Of a DNA stretch of 64,000 nucleotides, positions 21,861 through 30,643 are shown in pieces. The notes beneath the pieces were generated by a model. It was given only the letters and a program-made list of their open reading frames with translations. It searched no databases and was not told where the DNA came from. Position 1 is the first letter of the stretch. Each line of letters begins with the position of its first letter. The stretch comes from Actinomycetales bacterium (GTDB lineage: Bacteria > Actinomycetota > Actinomycetes > Actinomycetales > Cellulomonadaceae). Location: positions 643 through 64,642 of the forward strand of contig JAHLLI010000026.1 in assembly GCA_020444245.1 (NCBI GenBank), in the 5' to 3' direction. Both the position numbers and the translations under genes were made by a program.

Positions 21861-22508
21861 ATGCCCTGGCTGGAGATCATCGGCTGGGCCGGTTCGGCCC
21901 TGCTCGTGCTGTCCCTGGTGCAGACCCGCCTCATGCGGCTGCGCGTGCTCAACAGCGTGGCGTGCGCCGTGCTGATCGGCTACAACGCGGCGCTCGCCGT
22001 GTGGCCGATGGTCGCGATGAACGTCGTGCTCGTCGGGATCAACCTCTGGGCCATCGCCCGGCTGCTGCGCGAGCGGCACGACGCCCGGGTCTACGACGCG
22101 GTGCCGATCGGCACGGACGAGCCGGTGCTGCACCACCTGCTGGCCAGGCACGCCGCGGACATCGCGCGGTTCAATCCCGACCTGGCCGGCCAGGAGCCCG
22201 CCGATCTCGCGGCCGGGGCCGACCATGCGTTCCTGGTCACCACCTCCGACCAGGCGGTCGGCGTGGTGCTGACCCGCGACGGCGCCGCGCCGGGAGAGCA
22301 GCAGGTGGTGCTCGACTACGTGCTGCCCGCCTTCCGGGACTTCACGCCCGGCGAGTTCGTGTTCCGCGCCGACGGACCGTTCCGCGAGCTGGGCACCCGG
22401 ACGGTGGTCGCCTCCCCGGGCATGGCCGCGTCGGAGCGCTACCTGCGGGCGGTGGGATTCGCCGAGCGTGACGGACGGCGGGTGCTGGACCTTCCGGCCA
22501 CGGGCTGA
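21861..22508 (+). CDS. Membrane protein: three short N-terminal TM helices plus GNAT-like soluble domain
   Basis: GAGGAG SD; hydrophobic N-terminal ~68 aa; LDYVLPAFRDFTPG...YLRAVGF resembles a degenerate GNAT motif. Confidence 0.6.
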   Translation: MPWLEIIGWAGSALLVLSLVQTRLMRLRVLNSVACAVLIGYNAALAVWPMVAMNVVLVGINLWAIARLLRERHDARVYDAVPIGTDEPVLHHLLARHAADIARFNPDLAGQEPADLAAGADHAFLVTTSDQAVGVVLTRDGAAPGEQQVVLDYVLPAFRDFTPGEFVFRADGPFRELGTRTVVASPGMAASERYLRAVGFAERDGRRVLDLPATG

Positions 22509-22707
22509 CGGGTGCCGAGCGCACCGACGGGGGCGTGATCGGTGCGTTCATCGCTTCGGGTGAACGCGCCGCCCGGCACCGGGTGAAGTCGTTGGGCCGA
22601 CCGTGGGATCGGCCGGTCCGCCCGGACCGCTGGGACCGGTCTCCTGGTCTACTCCTCAACAAGGCAGAGATGAGGCATCTGCCCGGAGTGGGAGGGAAGG
22701 TACTCCA

Positions 22708-22812
22708 ATGAGCAAGTGGGTGTCCCGTAAGGCAGTCCTCTCTTCCGCCAGCACCGCGATGGTCCTCGCTGCCCTGGCAGCAGTCACCGGTGCGGGCATG
22801 AAGTGGTGGTGA
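22708..22812 (+). CDS. Small peptide, 34 aa, MSKWVSRKAVLSSASTAMVLAALAAVTGAGMKWW
   Basis: Strong SD (GGAGGGAAGG 22691-22700); basic N-terminus, hydrophobic core, KWW end; stop 4 nt before the next gene. Confidence 0.75.
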   Translation: MSKWVSRKAVLSSASTAMVLAALAAVTGAGMKWW

Positions 22813-22816
22813 CACC

Positions 22817-24946
22817 GTGAGTGCCGGGGGCGGTGCTCCGCGGCGCCGCCCCCGGTCGCGGCGCGGCGAGCGCACCGGCCCCCTGCACCCCGCATGGGCT
22901 CTGCCGCTCTACGCGTACGGGGTGGGCGTGCTCGGCGTGGTCGCCGCGGCTGTGGTCGTCGTGGTGTCGCCGCCGTGGTCGGAGGGCGGTGCCCCGGTGC
23001 TCCAGCTCGGGGTGCTGGCCGCGTTCCTCGTCGTCGGTGAGCTGACCTCGGTCCCCGTGATGCGGGGCGACCGGGCCGCCGAGCCGGTGACCACGTCCAC
23101 GACGTTCGCCGTCGCGCTCCTGGCGCTCGGTCCGCTCTCCCTCCTGCTGCTGGTGCACACCCTTGCGGTCGCACTCGACGACCTGCGTGCCCGTCGCCGC
23201 CCGATCCAGGTCGTGTTCAACGCCGGCCAGTACGCGGTGAGCATCCTCGCCGGCCGCGCGGTCTTCTCCCTGATCTCCGGGGTCGGCTTCCTCGGCGGCG
23301 TCCCCGCGTTCGACGCCGGCCTGCTGCTGGCCACCCTCGCCGCGGGCCTCACCTTCGCGATCGTCAACGACGCGCTGGTCTCCGCGGTAGCCGGGTTGGC
23401 CACCGGGCAGCCGATCACGGCGATGCTCTTCGACGACCTGCTCTTCAAGCTCGAGACCTACGGCGTGCTCGTCGCGCTGGGCCCGGTCGCCGCCCTCGTC
23501 GTCGGCACCTCGGTGCTGATGCTTCCGCTGCTCCTGCTGCCGGTGCTCGCCGTGCGCCGCACCGCGCAGGTCGCCGCGCTCCGCGAGCACCAGTCGTTGC
23601 ACGACCCCTTGACGGGCCTGGCGAACCGGACCTTGTTCCGGCGCCGCCTCGAGCGCGCGATCGACTCCCACGGGGCCCGCGGGCTCGCGGTGCTGATGAT
23701 CGACCTCGACCACTTCAAGGACGTCAACGACACCCTCGGTCACGACGTGGGCGACGACCTGCTGCGCGAGATCGCCCGGCGGCTCGAGGCCGCGGCCGCC
23801 CAGCGCGAGGAGCAGGTGGAGGTCGCGCGGCTGGGCGGCGACGAGTTCGCCCTGCTGGCCGTCGCGGACCACCCGCGGCTGTTCGCCCTGGACCTGGCGT
23901 CCGAGATCCTGGGGGACCTCGCCCGCCCGATCGAGTCCGGACCCACCCGGTTGTCGATCCAGGCGTCCGTCGGCATCACCACGAGCGAGGGCACCCCGCT
24001 GCTCGACGTGCGCACCACGCTGCGGCAGGCGGACATCGCGCTGTACGAGGCCAAGCACGAACGAGCCCGCGCCGTCGTCTTCCACCCCGCTGCCCTGACC
24101 GAGTCGGTCGATCGGCTGCGGCTGCTGCCGGACCTGCGCGAGGCCCTCGACGACGACCAGATCCGCACGGCGTTCCAGCCCCAGGTCGACGCGGTCACCG
24201 GCCGGGTGGTCGCTGTCGAGGCACTGGCCCGCTGGGAGCACCCCGCGCAGGGCTCGCTGCTGCCGGAGACCTTCATCGGCGTGGCGGAGAGCTGCGGGCT
24301 CATCTCGGCGCTCACCGTGTCCGTGCTGAGGCGATCGCTGGAGGCGGTCGCCGCCTGGCGCTGCGCCGGCCACGACGTCGGCGTCGCGGTGAACCTGTCC
24401 GCGCGACTGCTGTCCGACCTGGCGCTGCCAGAGCGCATCGCTCGCCTGCTGGCGGAGACCGGGGTCCCTGCCGAGGCACTGACGGTCGAGGTCACCGAGA
24501 ACTCCCTGATGTCCGACGTGCGCGCGGCCCGGACCATCCTGCGAGGGCTGCGCGACATGGGGGTCCGGCTGTCGATCGACGACTTCGGGACCGGCTACTC
24601 CTCGCTCCTGCTGCTCCAGCAGCTCGACGTCGACGAGCTGAAGATCGACAAGAGCTTCGTCGAGGACCTGACGCCCGGCTCGCACGGCGAGTACCTCGCA
24701 CGGTCGATCATCGAGCTCGGCCACAACCTCGGTCTGTGCGTGGTGGCCGAAGGGGTCGAGAGCGCGGCCACGGCGGCCCGGCTGCGCGAGCTGGGCTGCG
24801 ACCGGCTCCAGGGGTTCCTGTATGCGCCGCCGGTCGATCGCGGCGAGGCCGACCAGCTCGTCGGCACCCTCCTTCGAGACGGGCAGCGTGCCGCCACGGT
24901 GGACGAGCTCATCCCGGCCGAGCCACGCCCGCGGGTGGCGGTCTGA
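22817..24946 (+). CDS. Membrane sensor-GGDEF-EAL protein (709 aa)
   Basis: Multi-TM N-terminal ~240 aa (MASE9-like by recall: VVFNAGQY); HDPLTGLANR, DLDHFKDVNDTLGH, RLGGDEF; EAL, DDFGTGYSS, LKIDKSF, AEGVE, QGF. Confidence 0.93.
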   Translation: MSAGGGAPRRRPRSRRGERTGPLHPAWALPLYAYGVGVLGVVAAAVVVVVSPPWSEGGAPVLQLGVLAAFLVVGELTSVPVMRGDRAAEPVTTSTTFAVALLALGPLSLLLLVHTLAVALDDLRARRRPIQVVFNAGQYAVSILAGRAVFSLISGVGFLGGVPAFDAGLLLATLAAGLTFAIVNDALVSAVAGLATGQPITAMLFDDLLFKLETYGVLVALGPVAALVVGTSVLMLPLLLLPVLAVRRTAQVAALREHQSLHDPLTGLANRTLFRRRLERAIDSHGARGLAVLMIDLDHFKDVNDTLGHDVGDDLLREIARRLEAAAAQREEQVEVARLGGDEFALLAVADHPRLFALDLASEILGDLARPIESGPTRLSIQASVGITTSEGTPLLDVRTTLRQADIALYEAKHERARAVVFHPAALTESVDRLRLLPDLREALDDDQIRTAFQPQVDAVTGRVVAVEALARWEHPAQGSLLPETFIGVAESCGLISALTVSVLRRSLEAVAAWRCAGHDVGVAVNLSARLLSDLALPERIARLLAETGVPAEALTVEVTENSLMSDVRAARTILRGLRDMGVRLSIDDFGTGYSSLLLLQQLDVDELKIDKSFVEDLTPGSHGEYLARSIIELGHNLGLCVVAEGVESAATAARLRELGCDRLQGFLYAPPVDRGEADQLVGTLLRDGQRAATVDELIPAEPRPRVAV

Positions 24947-24955
24947 GGGGGCGCG

Positions 24956-25534
24956 GTGCTGATCCTGGCGTGCGTGCTGCTCGGGCTGCTCCTCGTGCCC
25001 GCGACCGGCGGCATGCTGCGCCGCCTCGGGGACCTGCGCTGGCGCTCGGCCTGGCTCGTGGTCGCGGCGCTGGGGGTTCAGCTCGTCGTGCTCGAGGGCC
25101 CGGGCCTGCCTACGACCCTCGCCGCCGCGGGTCACGTGGCCACCTATGCGATGGCCGCGGCCTTCGTATGGCTCAACCGGTCCGTGCGAGGCCTCGTCGT
25201 GCTCGCGGCCGGCGCGCTGAGCAACGGCCTGGCGATCGTGCTCAACGGCGGCACGCTGCCGTCGAGCGCGGCGGCGCGAGACCTGGCCGGGCTGGAGGAG
25301 GCCGCAGGGTTCGCGAACTCGGGGGTGGTCGAGCGCCCGGTGCTCGGCTTCCTGGGCGACAACTTCGCGATCCCGGCCGGGTTCCCGCTCGCCAACGTCT
25401 TCAGCGTCGGTGACGTCCTCATCGTGGTCGGCGCCCTGTGGGTGCTGTTCTCGGCGACCCGCGCCGGGCGGCCCGCGGGGCCGGACCGTCCTCTGGTCGG
25501 GCATGCCCACCGTGGGATCGGCCAGGCTCCCTAG
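24956..25534 (+). CDS. DUF5317-like membrane protein
   Basis: Hydrophobic; GALSNGLAIVLNGGTLP, FLGDNF, ANVFSVGDVLI; GTG 9 nt after the GGDEF-EAL stop. Confidence 0.75.
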   Translation: MLILACVLLGLLLVPATGGMLRRLGDLRWRSAWLVVAALGVQLVVLEGPGLPTTLAAAGHVATYAMAAAFVWLNRSVRGLVVLAAGALSNGLAIVLNGGTLPSSAAARDLAGLEEAAGFANSGVVERPVLGFLGDNFAIPAGFPLANVFSVGDVLIVVGALWVLFSATRAGRPAGPDRPLVGHAHRGIGQAP

Positions 25535-25537
25535 AAT
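25532..25537 (+). promoter_or_regulatory. -10 hexamer TAGAAT, probable leaderless hisC promoter
   Basis: 6 nt before GTG 25544; overlaps the TAG stop of the DUF5317-like gene. Confidence 0.6.
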
Positions 25538-25543
25538 CGCTGC

Positions 25544-26656
25544 GTGCCCGCCGACCTGCAGCCCGCCCTGCCGCTGCGCCCCGAGCTGGCCGGGCTCGAG
25601 CCCTACGGCGCGCCGCAGCTTGACGTGCCGGTGCGGCTGAATGTCAACGAGAACCCGTACCCGCCCTCGCCATCCGTCGTCGCCGACATCGCGAGCGCCG
25701 TGGCGGCGGCCGCCGGCGGCCTCAACCGCTACCCGGACCGGGACTTCGTCGCCCTGCGCGCCGACCTGGCCGACTACCTGCTGCGCGAGTCGGGTGTGAG
25801 CCTCGACCCGGTGCAGGTGTGGGCCGCGAACGGCTCCAACGAGGTGATGCTCCACCTGCTCCAGGCCTTCGGCGGGCCGGGGCGCACGGCCGTGTCGTTC
25901 GCGCCGACGTACTCGATGTACCCGGAGTACGCGCGCGACACCGCGACCGGGTGGGTCGTGGGCCACCGGGAGGCGGACTTCGGCCTGGACCCGGAGCACG
26001 CCACGGCGATCATCGCCGAGCAGGCGCCGAGCGTCGTGCTGCTGGCGAGCCCCAACAACCCGACGGGCACGGCCCTCCCGCTCGACACCGTGCGTGCGGT
26101 GCTCGCCGCCGCGGCCCGGGTGCCGGGCGGGTGCGTCGTCGTGGTCGACGAGGCCTACGCCGAGTTCCGGCGGGCCGGGACCCCGTCCGCCCTCACGCTG
26201 CTCGCCGAGCACCCCCACCTGGCCGTCTCGCGCACCATGTCGAAGGCCTTCGGGATGGCCGGCGCCCGGCTCGGCTACCTCGCGGCGGCCCCGGCGTTGG
26301 TCGACGCGCTGCGGGTGGTGCGGCTGCCGTACCACCTGTCCGCGGTCACCCAGGCGGCGGCCCGTGCCGCGCTGGCGCACGCCACCGAGCTGATGGCCCA
26401 GGTGGACGGGCTGCGGGCCGAGCGCGACGCGCTGGTGGACTGGCTCCGAGCCCGCGGCCTGGCGGTCGCGGACTCGGACGCGAACTTCGTGCTGTTCGGG
26501 GTGTTCGACGACAGGCACGCGATCTGGCAGGGTCTGCTGGACCGGGGCGTGCTGATCCGCGAGACCGGACCCGACGGCTGGCTGCGGGTCAGTGTCGGCA
26601 CGCCGGAGGAGACGGCGGCCTTCCGGGCCGCCCTGGTGGAGGTGGCTGGACTGTGA
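25544..26656 (+). CDS. hisC: Histidinol-phosphate aminotransferase
   Basis: [41 protein letters not shown]. Confidence 0.96.
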   Translation: MPADLQPALPLRPELAGLEPYGAPQLDVPVRLNVNENPYPPSPSVVADIASAVAAAAGGLNRYPDRDFVALRADLADYLLRESGVSLDPVQVWAANGSNEVMLHLLQAFGGPGRTAVSFAPTYSMYPEYARDTATGWVVGHREADFGLDPEHATAIIAEQAPSVVLLASPNNPTGTALPLDTVRAVLAAAARVPGGCVVVVDEAYAEFRRAGTPSALTLLAEHPHLAVSRTMSKAFGMAGARLGYLAAAPALVDALRVVRLPYHLSAVTQAAARAALAHATELMAQVDGLRAERDALVDWLRARGLAVADSDANFVLFGVFDDRHAIWQGLLDRGVLIRETGPDGWLRVSVGTPEETAAFRAALVEVAGL

Positions 26657-27261
26657 GCGCGACGCACCGCACGGCAGTGGTCGACCGGACCACCTCGGAG
26701 TCGACCGTGCACGTCGAGGTCGACCTGGACGGCACCGGCCGCACCGAGGTCTCCACGACCGTGCCGTTCTACGACCACATGCTCACCGCGCTCGGCAAGC
26801 ACTCCCTCATCGACCTCGTGGTGCGGGCGAGCGGCGACACGGACATCGACGTGCACCACACCGTCGAGGACGTCGCGATCACGCTGGGCCAGGCGCTCGC
26901 GCAGGCGCTCGGCGACAAGACGGGGATCAGCCGGTTCGGCGACGCGCTCGTGCCGCTGGACGAGGCGCTGGCCCAGGCCGTCGTCGACGTGTCCGGGCGC
27001 CCGTACTGCGTGCACAGCGGCGAGCCCGAGGGTCAGGAGTACCACCTGATCGGCGGGCACTTCACCGGGTCGATGACCCGCCACGTGCTGGAGTCCCTCG
27101 CGCACCACGCCCGGATCTGCCTGCACGTGCGTGTCCTGGCCGGGCGCGACCCGCACCACATCGTGGAGGCGCAGTTCAAGGCCGTCGCGAGGGCCCTGCG
27201 CGCCGCGGTGGCGCCGGACCCGCGGGTGCAGGGCGTGCCGTCGACCAAGGGCACGCTGTGA
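26653..27261 (+). CDS. hisB: Imidazoleglycerol-phosphate dehydratase
   Basis: [39 protein letters not shown]. Confidence 0.97.
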   Translation: MSATHRTAVVDRTTSESTVHVEVDLDGTGRTEVSTTVPFYDHMLTALGKHSLIDLVVRASGDTDIDVHHTVEDVAITLGQALAQALGDKTGISRFGDALVPLDEALAQAVVDVSGRPYCVHSGEPEGQEYHLIGGHFTGSMTRHVLESLAHHARICLHVRVLAGRDPHHIVEAQFKAVARALRAAVAPDPRVQGVPSTKGTL

Positions 27262-27719
27262 CCGAGGGAGACGCGACACCCGGCACGGACGCGCTCGCCG
27301 TCGTCCTGACGCAGGTGGCCGATGCGGGCCCGCTCGTCGCTGCGTGCGCGCTGGCCGGCGTCGAGGTGGACGCGGCGCCCACGGCGGTGGGCGCGGTCGC
27401 AGTGTGCCGGCACACCGATCCGGGCGAGCCGGAGGCCGTGGCCGAGGCGATCTCGCGGCTGCTGTCCAACACCCCGGTCCTGCTGGTCGTCCGCCGGGAC
27501 GGTGCGCTGGTGGCGACCCGGTGGGCCGGCGGCTCCGCCGCGGCGGAGGTCGCCCCAGGGCTGGTGCTGGACGGGGCGCCCCCGGAGATCGAGGGCCTGC
27601 TGATCGGCACCGTCGACGTCGCGGACCTCGACGGTGTGCTCAGCTCGGTCGGCCTCGGCCGCTGGCGCGCCACCCGGATGCTCGCGTCGGCCGCGCGCGC
27701 CGCGCGCCGGGCCCGCTGA
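27258..27719 (+). CDS. Hypothetical protein (153 aa)
   Basis: GTG overlapping hisB stop; fills the hisB-hisH gap; GC3-rich codons. Confidence 0.65.
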   Translation: MTEGDATPGTDALAVVLTQVADAGPLVAACALAGVEVDAAPTAVGAVAVCRHTDPGEPEAVAEAISRLLSNTPVLLVVRRDGALVATRWAGGSAAAEVAPGLVLDGAPPEIEGLLIGTVDVADLDGVLSSVGLGRWRATRMLASAARAARRAR

Positions 27720-27754
27720 GCGGACGCGACCGCCGGGGCGCCGGGGCCGCTCGG

Positions 27755-27760
27755 TAGACT
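27755..27760 (+). promoter_or_regulatory. -10 hexamer TAGACT, probable leaderless hisH promoter
   Basis: 6 nt before GTG 27767. Confidence 0.55.
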
Positions 27761-27766
27761 CGCGCG

Positions 27767-28405
27767 GTGCCCGTTCCCCGCGTCGTCGTGCTCGACTACG
27801 GCTTCGGCAACGTGCGATCGGCCCAGCGAGCCCTCGCCCGGGTCGGAGCGGAGGTCGAGCTCACCGCTGACGTCGACGCCGCTCTGGCGGCCGACGGGCT
27901 CGTGGTCCCGGGCGTCGGGGCGTTCGCCGCGGTGATGGCGGGGCTGCGAGCGGTCCGCGGGGACCAGATCGTCGACCGGCGCCTGGCCGGTGGTCGGCCC
28001 GTCCTCGGGATCTGCGTCGGCATGCAGGTGATGTTCGAGGCGGGCGTCGAGCACGGTGAGCGGGTCGAGGGCCTGGGGGAGTGGCCGGGCGTGGTGGACC
28101 GGCTGGACGCGCCGGTCGTCCCGCACATGGGGTGGTCCACGGTCTCGCCGGCCGAGGGCTCGGTGTTGTTCCGAGACGTCGCGGACGAGCGGTTCTACTT
28201 CGTGCACTCCTACGCCGCGCGCTCGTTCGCCCCGCTCGGCGGTGGCCGGTTCGCCGCGCCGATGGTCACGTGGGCCGAGCACGGTGAGCCGTTCGTGGCC
28301 GCGGTGGAGAACGGCCCGCTGGCGGCCACCCAGTTCCACCCGGAGAAGTCCGGCGACGCAGGCGCACGCCTGCTCGAGACCTGGGTGCAGGGCCTGAAGG
28401 GATGA
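27767..28405 (+). CDS. hisH: Imidazole glycerol phosphate synthase glutaminase subunit
   Basis: [39 protein letters not shown]. Confidence 0.96.
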   Translation: MPVPRVVVLDYGFGNVRSAQRALARVGAEVELTADVDAALAADGLVVPGVGAFAAVMAGLRAVRGDQIVDRRLAGGRPVLGICVGMQVMFEAGVEHGERVEGLGEWPGVVDRLDAPVVPHMGWSTVSPAEGSVLFRDVADERFYFVHSYAARSFAPLGGGRFAAPMVTWAEHGEPFVAAVENGPLAATQFHPEKSGDAGARLLETWVQGLKG

Positions 28406-29136
28406 CGATGACACGTCTGGAGCTCCTGCCCGCGGTCGACGTGGCCGACGGTCGCGCCGTGCGGCTCGTCCAGGGCGAGGCGGGTTCGGAGACCTCGTAC
28501 GGCGACCCGATGGCGGCGGCGCTGGCGTGGCAGGCCGACGGCGCCGAGTGGATCCACCTGGTGGACCTGGACGCGGCGTTCGGCCGTGGCACGAACGCCG
28601 ACCTGCTCGCCGCGGTGGTCGGCGCGGTCGACGTCAAGGTCGAGCTCTCCGGCGGGATCCGCGACGACGCCTCGCTGGCCAGGGCTCTGGCGACCGGGTG
28701 CACCAGGGTCAACCTGGGCACCGCGGCGCTGGAGAACCCCGAGTGGACCGCGCGGGTGATCGACGAGCACGGCGACCGGGTGGCCGTCGGGCTCGACGTG
28801 CGCGGTACGACGCTCGCGGCCCGCGGCTGGACCCGGGAGGGCGGCGACCTGTGGGACGTCCTGGAGCGTCTGGACACCGCAGGCTGCGCCCGGTACGTCG
28901 TGACGGACGTGACCAAGGACGGCACGTTGCGCGGGCCCAACCTCGACCTGCTGCGCGACGTCTGCGGGCGGACCGGGGCCCCGGTGGTCGCCTCGGGCGG
29001 GATCTCGGCGCTGGCCGACCTCGAGGCGCTGCGCGAGCTCGTCCCGGCCGGGGTCGAGGGCGCGATCGTGGGCAAGGCCCTGTACGCGGGCGCGTTCACC
29101 CTGCCGCAGGCGCTCGACGTCGCCGGGCGACCGTAG
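28402..29136 (+). CDS. priA: Bifunctional HisA/TrpF isomerase PriA
   Basis: [51 protein letters not shown]; possible start 28408. Confidence 0.94.
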   Translation: MTMTRLELLPAVDVADGRAVRLVQGEAGSETSYGDPMAAALAWQADGAEWIHLVDLDAAFGRGTNADLLAAVVGAVDVKVELSGGIRDDASLARALATGCTRVNLGTAALENPEWTARVIDEHGDRVAVGLDVRGTTLAARGWTREGGDLWDVLERLDTAGCARYVVTDVTKDGTLRGPNLDLLRDVCGRTGAPVVASGGISALADLEALRELVPAGVEGAIVGKALYAGAFTLPQALDVAGRP

Positions 29137-29879
29137 TGGGCTGCGGCCTGCCCGCCGGCGACGGACCCCGCGAGCTGCCGCCGGTCTCGGCGTTCGCCGG
29201 CGACGACGGGTCGCCCGACCCGCGCCTGGCTGCGGTCCTGGACGAGCACGCCGACGGGCGCGCCGAGATCGCCGACGTGGTCGAGGCGCTCGCGACCAGC
29301 CGCGTGCTGGTGCCCGTGATGGCCCACGAGGTGGCGGATGGGGCGACCGGCCAGGGACCGTTCGCCGAGCGCGAGGTCGAGACCTCGGTGGTGGCCCTTC
29401 AGGCCCCCGATGGGCGTACGGCCCTGCCGGTGTTCACGTCCGTGGCCGCGCTGTCGGCGTGGCGGGCCGAGGCGAGGCCGATGCCGGCGGAGGCGCCGCG
29501 CGCCGCCGCCTCGGCGTTGGCCGAGGGCTGGCCGCTCCTGGTGGTCGACCCCGGCGGCCCGGTCACGGTCGTGGTCCCACGGCCGGCGGTCCAGGCGCTC
29601 GCGGCCGGGCTGACCTGGCACCCCGCGGTGCGCGGTGGGCAGGTGCGCGCCGACGTGCGCGAGGCGATCGAGCGCTCCGTGGCCCAGGTCCCGGCAGTGC
29701 GCTCGGTGGACGTCGAGCCGGGTGCGCGCAGCGAGGTCGCGGTGGTGGTGGGCCTGCCGCGCGGGCTGGACCGCTCGGGCCTCGAGGCGGTGCTGGCGCA
29801 GGTCAACGCCAGGCTCGCGGCCGACCCGATGGTCGCCCAGATCGACACCCTCGAGCTGCGGCCCGTCGCCGCGGGCTGA
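29136..29879 (+). CDS. SseB family protein
   Basis: FAGDDG..DP, RVLVPV, PDGRTALPVFTSV, W...ARPMP; position after priA. Confidence 0.8.
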   Translation: MGCGLPAGDGPRELPPVSAFAGDDGSPDPRLAAVLDEHADGRAEIADVVEALATSRVLVPVMAHEVADGATGQGPFAEREVETSVVALQAPDGRTALPVFTSVAALSAWRAEARPMPAEAPRAAASALAEGWPLLVVDPGGPVTVVVPRPAVQALAAGLTWHPAVRGGQVRADVREAIERSVAQVPAVRSVDVEPGARSEVAVVVGLPRGLDRSGLEAVLAQVNARLAADPMVAQIDTLELRPVAAG

Positions 29880-29886
29880 GCCCGGC

Positions 29887-30636
29887 TCAGGTGCAGGCCG
29901 GCACCGGCGAGAACGCTGCGTCGTCCGAGAGCAGGTCGCGCAGGGTGCTCACCGGGACGATGTAGCTCTGGTCGGCCGCGTTCTTCGCGTACACGACCCC
30001 CACGACGCGGCCCTCGGAGTCCAGGACCGCCGACCCCGAGCTGCCGGGCTCGACCTGGGCATCGGTGACCAGGACCTCGCCCAGGCTCTCGTGCAGCGGA
30101 TCGGTCGTCGCGCCGATCACCGCCCCGGTCGTCACCCTGAGCTCGCCGCCGAGCGGGTAGCCGACCACGGTGACGGGGTCACCGACCTTGGGGTCGACGT
30201 CCGAGAGCTGTTGCTGGCTCGGCAGGTCCTCGGTGGTGCGCAGCACCGCGAGATCAGCGAGGGACGCCGTCAACGCACCGCTGACCGGGATGTCCCGGCC
30301 GTCGTAGGTGGAGACCTGGAGGATCGCGGAGTCGGCGACCACGTGCCGGTTGGTCACCACCGTGTGCGAGTCGATCGCGAAGCCCGACCCGGTGGACAGC
30401 GAGTCGCACCCGACGTTGCGGATCCGGACCGCCATCCGCTCCGCGTTGGCGAAGCCGTCGGGAGACAGGTTGCCGGTGGCCACCGGGCTGGGCTCCTCGG
30501 CCGGGCTGGGCACCCACGAGGTGATCGCAGGGCCGGGCATCTGCGGGACGTTCTCGATCGCGGCGCAGCCGCTGAGCGCCAGGACGACGGCCACGCCGGC
30601 GAGGCCCGCGCGCACCCGAGTTCGCGGCCCGGTCAT
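29887..30636 (-). CDS. Trypsin-like (S1) serine protease lipoprotein
   Basis: Lipobox LSGC; triad VTNRHV, ADLAV, GSSGS; no PDZ domain. Confidence 0.88.
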   Translation of the reverse strand: MTGPRTRVRAGLAGVAVVLALSGCAAIENVPQMPGPAITSWVPSPAEEPSPVATGNLSPDGFANAERMAVRIRNVGCDSLSTGSGFAIDSHTVVTNRHVVADSAILQVSTYDGRDIPVSGALTASLADLAVLRTTEDLPSQQQLSDVDPKVGDPVTVVGYPLGGELRVTTGAVIGATTDPLHESLGEVLVTDAQVEPGSSGSAVLDSEGRVVGVVYAKNAADQSYIVPVSTLRDLLSDDAAFSPVPACT

Positions 30637-30643
30637 CGCGGGG

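Noticed and set aside
15953-21952. 1999-aa antisense ORF, and similar ones at 1066-3240, 12662-15688, 22784-26518, 45426-48089, 49682-52213
   Set aside because: Shadow frames of real genes caused by high GC3 bias; no motifs and fully overlapping confident CDSs
22509-22707. c-di-GMP riboswitch ahead of the peptide cassette
   Set aside because: No class I or class II consensus recognised by eye; an Infernal search would settle it
29137-29886. hisF missing after priA
   Set aside because: hisF is commonly located elsewhere (near hisI/trpE) in this group, so this is not unusual
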